Source: an uncultured Alphaproteobacteria bacterium
GTDB taxonomy: Bacteria > Pseudomonadota > Alphaproteobacteria > Sphingomonadales > Sphingomonadaceae
Reading direction: 5' to 3'
DNA: 64,000 nt
Assembly (NCBI GenBank): GCA_963833685.1
Contig: CAWHYD010000002.1
Coordinates: 30,071-94,070 of the forward strand
How positions within the stretch are numbered: position 1 is the first letter of the stretch; every line of letters starts with the position of its first letter. The position numbers and the translations under genes are program-made. Below are positions 55,679 to 64,000 of this stretch, in pieces. A model generated the notes under the pieces. That model saw only the letters and a program-made list of their open reading frames with translations. It searched no databases and had not been told where the DNA came from.

Positions 55679-57060
55679 CGCCCCTCTGGACCTCCGACGA
55701 AATCGCCGCAGCGACCGGCGGCACTGCCAGCGCGCCGTTTGACGTCACCGGCGTCACCTTCGACAGCCGCGAGGTCGGCCCCGGCGACCTGTTCGTCGCC
55801 ATGCCGGGCACCGTCCACGACGGCCACCAGTTCGTCGACGCCGCGTTCGCCTCCGGCGCCTCGGGCGCGCTCGTCTCGAAGCCAGTCGCAGGCCCGCACG
55901 TCCTGGTCGACGACGTCTTCGCCGCGCTCCAGGCGCTGGGCAAGGCCGCTCGCGACCGCGCGAACGCGACGATCGTCGGAGTCACCGGTTCGGTCGGCAA
56001 GACCAGCACCAAGGAAGCGCTCTTCGCCGCGCTCGACCGCAACCGCCCGGGCAAGGTCCATCGCTCGCTCAAGAGCTACAACAACCACACCGGCGTTCCG
56101 CTGAGCCTCGCTCGCATGCCGCGCGACGCCGAGTTCGCAGTGCTCGAAATGGGCATGAACAATGCCGGCGAAATCGCCGCGCTCACCCGCCAGGTGCGCC
56201 CCAACGTCACGCTGATCACCGCCATCGCTCCGGCGCACATCGAAAATCTCGGCTCCGAGGAAGCGATCGCCGACGCCAAGGCGGAGATCTTCGAGGGTCT
56301 CGAGCCCGACGGCGTCGCCATCGTTCCCAACGACACGCCGCACCGCGATCGCCTGGTCAAGGCCGCGCGCCGCCGTGCCGACCGCATCGTCACCTTCGGC
56401 GGCGGGGATGCCGACGTCCATGCCGTCCACGCCGTCTCGGCCGAAGGCGGCGGCAGCCTGATCAGCGCCGTCCTGCTGGAGCGCGAGCTGACCTTCACCA
56501 TCTCCCAGCGCGGCGAGCATTGGGTGTCCAACGCGCTGGCGGTGCTCGCCGCGGTCGAAGCAATGGGCGAGGATGTCGGCGTCGCCGGCCTCGCGCTCGC
56601 CGATCTCGGCGGGCTGAAGGGCAGGGGCCAGCGCCATCGGCTCGAAGTCGACGGCGGCGAAGTGCTGCTGATCGACGAAAGCTACAACGCCAACCCCGCC
56701 TCCATGGCCGCCACCCTGCGCAGCCTGGGCCAGGAAAAGGACATCCAGCGCCGCATTGCCGTGCTCGGCCCAATGCGTGAGCTCGGCGCCCACAGCGGCG
56801 AGCTCCATGCGGGCCTGGCTCCGGCGATCGAGGGCGCGCATGTCGATGAGCTGATCCTGATCGGCGAGGAAATGGCGCCGCTGGCCGACGCACTCGCGGG
56901 CGGCATGGATATTTGCCGCGCCGCCGACGTCGAGGAAGCGACGAACGCGCTGCTTCGGCTGCTTCGCCCGGGAGACGCCGTGCTGGTGAAAGCATCCAAC
57001 TCAATCGGGCTGGCCAAGCTTGTCGACCGCGTGGTTAAGGAGCCGGCATGCTCTACGTGA
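55675..57060 (+). CDS. murF: UDP-MurNAc-pentapeptide synthetase
   Basis: [36 protein letters not shown]. Confidence 0.95.
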   Translation: MTPLWTSDEIAAATGGTASAPFDVTGVTFDSREVGPGDLFVAMPGTVHDGHQFVDAAFASGASGALVSKPVAGPHVLVDDVFAALQALGKAARDRANATIVGVTGSVGKTSTKEALFAALDRNRPGKVHRSLKSYNNHTGVPLSLARMPRDAEFAVLEMGMNNAGEIAALTRQVRPNVTLITAIAPAHIENLGSEEAIADAKAEIFEGLEPDGVAIVPNDTPHRDRLVKAARRRADRIVTFGGGDADVHAVHAVSAEGGGSLISAVLLERELTFTISQRGEHWVSNALAVLAAVEAMGEDVGVAGLALADLGGLKGRGQRHRLEVDGGEVLLIDESYNANPASMAATLRSLGQEKDIQRRIAVLGPMRELGAHSGELHAGLAPAIEGAHVDELILIGEEMAPLADALAGGMDICRAADVEEATNALLRLLRPGDAVLVKASNSIGLAKLVDRVVKEPACST

Positions 57061-58118
57061 TCGCCGAGCAGCTCGGCTTCCCCGGAATCCTCAACCTCAT
57101 CCGCTACATCAGCTTCCGCGCCGGTGCCGCCAGCGCGACCGCGTTGGTGATCGGCCTGTTGCTCGGCCCAAGCTTCATCAGCTGGCTGCGCGCCAAGCAG
57201 GGCAAGGGCCAGCCGATCCGCGCCGACGGCCCGCAAAGCCATCTCGCCAAGCGCGGCACCCCAACCATGGGCGGCCTCCTCATCCTCATCGCCGTGACGG
57301 TGTCGGTGCTGTTGTGGATGGAGCTTTCGAATCCCTACGTCTGGGCCTGCCTGCTGGTCACCGCCGGCTTCGGCCTGATCGGCTGGCTCGACGATTACGA
57401 CAAGGTCAAGAAGGCGCATCACGCCGGCCTCAGCGGCAAGACCCGGCTGGCGCTCGAATTCCTGATCGGCGGCATCGCCACCTGGCTGATGGTCCGCACC
57501 GGCGGCACCGCGCTTCACCTGCCGTTCGTCAAGGAGACGGTCGCCGACCTCGGCTGGTTCTACATCCTGTTCGGCGCGTTCGTCATCGTCGCGTTCGGCA
57601 ACGCGGTGAACCTGACCGACGGCCTCGACGGGCTGGCGACCATGCCGGTCGTCATCGCCAGCCTCGCTTTCCTCATCATCTCCTACCTCGTCGGCAACGC
57701 CAAGTTCGCGACTTATCTCGGCATTCCCCACGTGCTCGGCGTCGGCGACCTCACCGTGCTGCTGATGGCGATCATCGGCGCCTGCCTCGCCTTCTTGTGG
57801 TTCAACGCCCCGCCGGCGGCCGTCTTCATGGGCGACACCGGCAGCCTGGCGCTGGGCGGAGCGCTCGGCGCGGTGTCGGTCGCCACCCACCATGAATTCG
57901 TCCTGGTGATCGTCGGCGGCCTGTTCGTGGTCGAGGCGCTGAGCGTCGTCATCCAGGTCGCGGTCTACAAGCGCACCGGCAAGCGCGTCTTCCTGATGGC
58001 GCCGATCCACCACCATTTCGAACATCTCGGCTGGTCCGAGCCGACCGTCGTGATCCGCTTCTGGATCATCAGCTTCGTGCTCGCGCTCGCGGGCCTCGCG
58101 ACGCTGAAGCTGCGGTGA
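57048..58118 (+). CDS. mraY: Phospho-N-acetylmuramoyl-pentapeptide transferase
   Basis: [38 protein letters not shown]. Confidence 0.97.
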   Translation: MLYVIAEQLGFPGILNLIRYISFRAGAASATALVIGLLLGPSFISWLRAKQGKGQPIRADGPQSHLAKRGTPTMGGLLILIAVTVSVLLWMELSNPYVWACLLVTAGFGLIGWLDDYDKVKKAHHAGLSGKTRLALEFLIGGIATWLMVRTGGTALHLPFVKETVADLGWFYILFGAFVIVAFGNAVNLTDGLDGLATMPVVIASLAFLIISYLVGNAKFATYLGIPHVLGVGDLTVLLMAIIGACLAFLWFNAPPAAVFMGDTGSLALGGALGAVSVATHHEFVLVIVGGLFVVEALSVVIQVAVYKRTGKRVFLMAPIHHHFEHLGWSEPTVVIRFWIISFVLALAGLATLKLR

Positions 58119-59490
58119 TCACGGCCCGGGCCTTCGCCGGCAAGCATTACGCGGTCTACGGCCTCGCGCGGAGCGGGCTGGCGACGGTCGAGGCGTTGCT
58201 TGCCAGCGGCGCGAAGGTGACGGCGTGGGACGCAAAGGAGGAGGCGCGGAATAAGCTCCTCCCCTTCGAGGGGGAGGTGGCGCGAAGCGCCGGAGGGGGC
58301 GTATTTCAGTCCCCCTCCGTCATCGCTGACGCGCCGACGGCTCCCCCACAGGGGGAGTCGCTGACGATCGCGAACCTCGACGAGTCGACCTCAGCCCAAT
58401 TCGACAGCCTCGTCGTCACCCCCGGCCTCCCCCTCAACCGCCACCCGATCGCGCAACGCGCCCGCGACGCCGGCGTCGAAATCATCGGCGATATCGAGCT
58501 GTTCGCCCGCGCCCGGCCCGAGCTTCCGCCGCACAAGGTCGTCGGCATCACCGGCACCAACGGCAAGTCGACCACCACCGCGCTCGTCCACCACATCCTC
58601 AAGACTGCGGGCGTGCCGACGGCGATGGGCGGCAACATCGGCCTGCCGATCCTGTCGCAGGACCCACTGCCCGAAAGCGGCGTCTATGTGCTGGAGCTGT
58701 CGAGCTACCAGATCGACCTGACGCAAAGCCTCGATTGCGACGTCGCAGTGCTGCTCAACATCACGCCCGACCACCTCGACCGATACGAGAGCTTCGAGGC
58801 TTATGCAGCGTCAAAGCTGCGACTCTTCGAGATGCAATCAAGCGAGGTGGCGATGCATCGCATCGAGTTATTGGCAGAGCCACAGCGATTCACGCGCATC
58901 TGCCCCAACTGCCGACGCGTGACTTTAAACGATTCCCAAATGGCGAAGCTCGCCGAGAGCGGCCGACGCTTCAAGGCCCTCACAATAGGCAGAACGCTGG
59001 CAGGCGATCGCGGCGGTGAAGAGTTGGGCATTGCTTGAGCCGAGGACGATCGAGGTGGCGCTCGAACATATCCCGGCCTCGCCGCACCGCATGGAGCGCG
59101 TCCGCGACCTGAACGGCGTCACCTTCGTCAACGACAGCAAGGCGACCAACCCGACCGCGACGGCGCCGGCACTCGCCGCGTTCGAGCGCGTCCGCTGGAT
59201 CTGCGGCGGGCAGGCCAAGACCGACAATCTCGACGAATGCGCGCCTTACTTCGGGCAAGTCCGCAAGGCCTATACCATTGGCGAAGCGGGCGAATTGTTC
59301 GCTTCGCTCTTGTCGCCGCACATGGACGTGGCAGAGTGCGGAACGCTTGGAACGCGCGGTGGGAGAAGCGGCGGCAGAGGCGGAACGCGGGGACACGGTC
59401 CTGCTGTCGCCGGCCTGCGCCAGCTTCGATCAGTTCCGCGACTTCGAGGACCGGGGGGACCAGTTCAGGACACTGGTGGAGGGGTTATGA
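58115..59490 (+). CDS. murD: UDP-MurNAc-L-Ala--D-Glu ligase (indels near 58960-59010 and 59355)
   Basis: [56 protein letters not shown]. Confidence 0.93.
58256..58357. repeat. Palindromic MITE-like element inserted in frame in murD
   Basis: CTCCCC-TTCGAG-GGGGAG hairpin, CGGAGGGGG/CCCCCTCCG central stem, CTCCCCC-ACA-GGGGGAG hairpin; about 102 bp with the reading frame kept. Confidence 0.75.
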
Positions 59491-60710
59491 TCGCGAGCAT
59501 TTCCGGCAAGATCAAAGCCAAGGCGGCGGTCATCGACCCCAACCGCTACGGCCGTTCCGACACCAGCGCCATCGGCCGCTGGTTCTGGGAGATCGACAAG
59601 GTCCTGCTGCTGCTGATCAGCGTGCTGATCGCCATCGGCCTGATAGCCGTTGCCGCCGCGTCGCCGGCCGCGGCGCAGCGCTATTCCGGCGGCAACGTCC
59701 GTTTCAACGAACTCTATTATTTCTGGCGCCAGCTCGCCTGGATCGCGGTCGGCATCCCGGTGATGATCGGCATTTCGATGATCCCGCGCGACCGGGCGCG
59801 TCGGCTGTCACTGATCGGCGCGGCCTTCTTCTTCGCTTTGCTGATCTTCGTGCCCATCGTCGGTCCGGAGCATAATGGCGCGCGGCGCTGGATCGAGTTC
59901 GGCGTCGGCCAGGTCCAGCCGTCCGAATTCCTCAAGCCCTTCTTCGTCGTCGCCATGGCCTGGCTGCTGAGCCTCAAGGAAGCCGACAAGTCGCTTCCGA
60001 TCTATTCGATCTCGGCGGTCATTACCGGCGGCATCGCCTTCCTCCTGATGAAGCAGCCCGATTTCGGCTCGACCATCATTTTCTGCTCGGTGTGGCTGGC
60101 GATGCTGGCGCTCGCGGGGCTCAACATGCGCCTGCTTCTCGGCCTTGCCGCCGCGGGCGTCGCCGGCGTGATCCTGGCCTATTTCTTCTACGATGTGGCG
60201 ACGACGCGTATCGACCAGTTCCTGCTCGGTACCGGCGATACCTTCCAGACCGACAATGCCATGCGCACGCTGACCGCCGGCGGGCTGTTCGGCATGGGGC
60301 CGGGCGGCGGCACGCGTAAGTTCGGGCTGCCCGAGCCCCACACCGATTACATCTTCTCGGTCATCGGCGAAGAATTCGGGCTGATCGCCTGCCTTGCCAT
60401 CGCCTGCCTCTATCTCGCCATCGTCGCCCGGGTGCTGATCAAGCTGCTCGACGAGGAACAGAGCTTCGCCATTCTCGCCGCGGCCGGCCTTGCCATCGAG
60501 TTCGGGCTGCAGGCGCTGATCAACATGATGGTCAACGTCCAGCTCGCCCCATCCAAGGGCATGACCCTGCCGTTCATCAGCTATGGCGGCTCATCGATGC
60601 TGGCGCTGTCGATCGGCATGGGCTTGCTGCTCGCCTTCACTCGGCGCAACCCGTTCCTGACGCGTTCGCCCTATGTGGTGAAATGGAGCGGGGAGAGGCT
60701 AGCAACGTGA
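59487..60710 (+). CDS. ftsW: Peptidoglycan glycosyltransferase FtsW
   Basis: [44 protein letters not shown]. Confidence 0.95.
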   Translation: MIASISGKIKAKAAVIDPNRYGRSDTSAIGRWFWEIDKVLLLLISVLIAIGLIAVAAASPAAAQRYSGGNVRFNELYYFWRQLAWIAVGIPVMIGISMIPRDRARRLSLIGAAFFFALLIFVPIVGPEHNGARRWIEFGVGQVQPSEFLKPFFVVAMAWLLSLKEADKSLPIYSISAVITGGIAFLLMKQPDFGSTIIFCSVWLAMLALAGLNMRLLLGLAAAGVAGVILAYFFYDVATTRIDQFLLGTGDTFQTDNAMRTLTAGGLFGMGPGGGTRKFGLPEPHTDYIFSVIGEEFGLIACLAIACLYLAIVARVLIKLLDEEQSFAILAAAGLAIEFGLQALINMMVNVQLAPSKGMTLPFISYGGSSMLALSIGMGLLLAFTRRNPFLTRSPYVVKWSGERLAT

Positions 60711-60720
60711 GATTGTCGGC

Positions 60721-61882
60721 ATGAATTTCGTGCTCGCGGCCGGAGGGACCGGCGGCCACATGGTACCGGCGCATGCCCTGGCCGCGGAGCTCAAGACCCG
60801 CGGCCACGGCGTGCTGCTGATCACCGACGATCGCGGTGCGCGCTTCCCCGGATTGTTCAAGGATATCCCGGTGCACATCCTTCCCGCGGGCCGGCTCGGC
60901 GGCGGGATCATCAGCTGGTTGAAGGCTGTAGGCAGTGTCGCGCGCGGCCGCGGCCAGGCCAAGCGCCTCTACCGCGAACATCGCCCCGACGCCGTGGTCG
61001 GCTTCGGCGGCTATCCCGCCTTTCCGTCGCTGCTGGCCGCAAGCGCGCTCAACATCCCGACCGTGCTTCACGAGCAGAATGCCGTGCTCGGCCGGGTCAA
61101 CCGCATGCTCGCCGGTGAGGCCGAGGCAATCGGCACGGCCTATGACCAGGTCGAACGGCTCAAGCCGCGCTATCGCGCCAAGGCGGTGCTGGTCGGCAAT
61201 CCGGTGCGCGAGGAGATTGCCGAAGCTCGGCGAACTGCCGTTCCCGGCGTTCGACGAGTTCGCGCCGCTCAAGATCCTCGTCACCGGCGGCAGCCAGGGC
61301 GCCACAGTGCTCGGCCAGATCGTCCCCGCCGGCCTCGGCTTGCTCGCGCCTTCGCTTCGCCGGCGGCTGCAGGTCGTCCAGCAATGCCGCCCCGACGATA
61401 TCGAGCGGGTCCGCGGCCAATATGCCCATCTGGAGATTCCGGCCGAGCTCCTGACCTACATTGAGGACATGCCCGAAAAGCTGGCCGACGCGCACCTGGT
61501 GATCGGCCGCGCCGGCGCCTCGACCATTGCCGAGCTCAGCGCCGCCGGACGTCCGGCAATCCTCATTCCCTATCCCGCCGCGACCGACGATCATCAGACC
61601 GCCAACGCCCGCGAGATGACCGAGGCGGGCGGGGCGCGGACCATTCAGCAGGCCGACTTCACGCCAGAGGTGCTGGCTCGCCAGATCGAAGCGCTGGCGA
61701 TGGATCCGGTGGCGCTCAACAATGCCGCGGCGCGGGCGCTGACCGTCGGCCGGCCGCACGCGGCGCGCGACCTCGCCGACCTCGTCGAGCGGATTGGCAA
61801 CGGCGTCGCGCCCGTCGTCGTTGGACCCGCGCTCACGCCGCGCGTCACCGCCGGAGCGCCCAACGGAGCCATGCCGGCATGA
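60721..61882 (+). CDS. murG: Undecaprenyl-PP-MurNAc-pentapeptide GlcNAc transferase (indel near 61222)
   Basis: GGTGGH, GFGGY, HEQN, GNPVR, GGSQGA, RAGAST, HQTANA. Confidence 0.95.
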
Positions 61883-63292
61883 TGAAGGCGATGGGCACCG
61901 ACATCGGCACGATCCACTTCGTCGGCATCGGCGGTATCGGCATGTCGGGCATCGCCGAGGTGATGCACCAGCTCGGCTACAAGGTGCAGGGTTCGGACAT
62001 CGCCGAATCCTATGTCGTCGAAAAGCTGCGCAAGCACGGGCATTCCGGTCAGCATCGGCCATAGCGCCGACAATCTCGGCGATGCTGCGGTGGTCGTCTG
62101 CTCGTCGGCGATCCGGGAGGGCAATCCGGAGATGACTGCGGCGGCCGAGCGGCGGCTACCCCGGGTCAAGCGCGCCGAAATGCTCGCCGAGCTAATGCGG
62201 ATGCAGAAGACCGTCGCGGTCGCGGGCACGCACGGCAAGACCACGACCACATCAATGATCGCGGCTCTGCTCGACAGCGGCGGGATCGACCCGACCGTGA
62301 TCAACGGCGGGATCATCAACCGCTACGGCTCCAACGCCCGGCTCGGCAAGAGCGACTGGTGGGTGATCGAGGCCGACGAGAGCGACGGCAGCTTTCTCCG
62401 CCTCGACGGGACCATCGCGGTCGTCACCAACATCGATCCCGAACATCTGGAGCATTACGGCAGCTTCGACGCGGTCAAGGACGCCTTCGTCGAGTTCATC
62501 GAGAATGTGCCGTTCTACGGGCTCGCGGTGCTGTGCGTCGACCATCCCGAGGTGCAGAACATCATCGGCCGCATCCGCGACCGCCGCATCGTCACCTTCG
62601 GTTTCTCGGCGCTGGCCGATGTCCGCGCCGACAATGTCACGCCGGTGCCCGGCGGGAGCCGCTTCGACGCCGTGATTCTCGGCAAGGACGGTGAACGCCG
62701 CTCCATAGCGCTCCACATTCCCATACCGGGCAGGCACAATATTCAGAATGCCCTGGCGGCCATCGCTGTCGCGCTCGAGCTCGGGGTATCCGACGAAGCG
62801 ATCGCCGGCGGCTTCGAGCGGTTCGAGGGCGTCAAGCGCCGCTTCACCCGCGTCGGCGAGGTCGACGGCGCTGTGATCGTCGACGATTACGCCCACCATC
62901 CGACCGAAATCAGGGCGGTGCTGTCGGCGGCGCGGGAAGGGGCGGAGGGCCGCGTCATCGCGGTCATGCAGCCCCACCGCTACTCGCGCCTCAGCGATTT
63001 GATGGACGACTTCCAGAACGCCTTCAACGACGCCGACGTGGTGTTCGTGACCCCGGTCTATGCCGCCGGCGAGGAGCCCCTCGAGGGCGTCGATGCGGCC
63101 GCGCTGGTTGAGGGCCTGCGCGCCCACGGCCACCGCATGGCGCGGACCGTCGACGATCTCGACGACCTCTGCCGCAACCTGCGCGATCTCGCCGCCGAGG
63201 GCGACATGATCATCTGCATGGGCGCGGGCGATATCACCAAATGGGCAGCGTCGATTCCGCAATGCCTCGGCGACACGCGAGCGCGCAAATGA
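61879..63292 (+). CDS. murC: UDP-MurNAc--L-alanine ligase (indel near 62038)
   Basis: [42 protein letters not shown]. Confidence 0.95.
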
Positions 63293-64000
63293 GCGCTCTT
63301 GCGACCATGCCGTCAGTGCGCGGCAAGTTGACCGCCGACGCACCGCTCGCGCCGTTGGTCTGGTTCAAGAGCGGCGGGCGGGCCGAATGGCTGTTCGAGC
63401 CCAGGGACGAAGACGATCTGGTCGCGTTTCTGCGCGACCTCGATCCGCAAGTGCCGGTCATGGCGCTCGGCCTCGGCTCCAACCTCATCGTCCGCGACGG
63501 CGGAGTCCCCGGCGTCGTCATCCGGCTCGGCAAGGCGTTCGCGGCGATCGAGCGGGTCGACGAGACCACCTTGCGCTGCGGCGGCGGCGCCAGCGGCATC
63601 CTCGTGTCCTCGACCGCGCGCGATGCCGGCGTTGCGGGCCTCGAGTTCCTGCGCGGCATTCCCGGGACGGTCGGCGGCTTCGTCCGCATGAACGGCGGCG
63701 CTTATGGCCGCGAAGTCAGCGACATCCTCGTGTCGGCGCGGATCGTGCTGCGTTCGGGCGAGCTGATCGAATGGCCAGCGGAAAAGCTTGGCTACACCTA
63801 CCGCCACAGCGAGGTGCCGGCGGGTGCGGTGGTGGTCGAGGCGATCTTCCGCGGCAGTCCGGGCGACACGGCCGCGATCGGCGCGGAGATGGACGCGATC
63901 GCCCGCGCCCGCGAGGAATCGCAGCCGCTGCGCAGCCGCACCGGCGGCTCGACGTTCAAGAACCCGGCCGGCCACAAGGCCTGGGCCCTGATCGACGCGG
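63289..64000 (+). CDS. murB: UDP-N-acetylenolpyruvoylglucosamine reductase, truncated by the window end
   Basis: Manual translation from ATG 63289: [48 protein letters not shown]...TGGSTFKNP. Confidence 0.93.
   Translation, partial: MSALATMPSVRGKLTADAPLAPLVWFKSGGRAEWLFEPRDEDDLVAFLRDLDPQVPVMALGLGSNLIVRDGGVPGVVIRLGKAFAAIERVDETTLRCGGGASGILVSSTARDAGVAGLEFLRGIPGTVGGFVRMNGGAYGREVSDILVSARIVLRSGELIEWPAEKLGYTYRHSEVPAGAVVVEAIFRGSPGDTAAIGAEMDAIARAREESQPLRSRTGGSTFKNPAGHKAWALIDA

Overview
GC-rich (about 65-68%) alphaproteobacterial chromosomal DNA, most likely Sphingomonadaceae, judged from popZ, the pcm-tolC-popZ-valS order, the dcw cluster style and GANTC/CtrA-like signals. Dozens of single-base indels break even essential genes (valS, murC, murD, murG), so I treat them as long-read assembly errors and give merged gene coordinates. 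1-17.5 kb holds housekeeping and stress genes: gstA, mmsA, a DMT transporter, an M3 peptidase, TraR/DksA, rnr, a di-heme cytochrome c, an FMN reductase, DoxX, kynU, dcd, dnaB, an L,D-transpeptidase, astD and selO. 17.6-35.9 kb holds a Lap-like type I secretion locus: a roughly 3100-aa Ig/VCBS-repeat adhesin with a PAAG LapG-type cleavage motif and a His-rich non-RTX tail, then TolC, an ABC transporter, a SleB-family cell-wall hydrolase inside the operon, and HlyD. Facing it is a convergent trio of a catalytically dead LapG paralogue, a DUF4142 lipoprotein and an active LapG. No LapD is present in the window. 36-50 kb holds GH16, tRNA-Cys, pcm, tolC, popZ, an S9 peptidase, valS, purL and a serine hydrolase. 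50-64 kb is the dcw cluster from mraZ to murB. The best candidate for an undescribed system is the LapD-less adhesin locus with its pseudo-protease. Other signals are CGTC-tagged palindromic repeats, an in-frame palindromic insert in murD, and low-GC recoded patches inside core genes.
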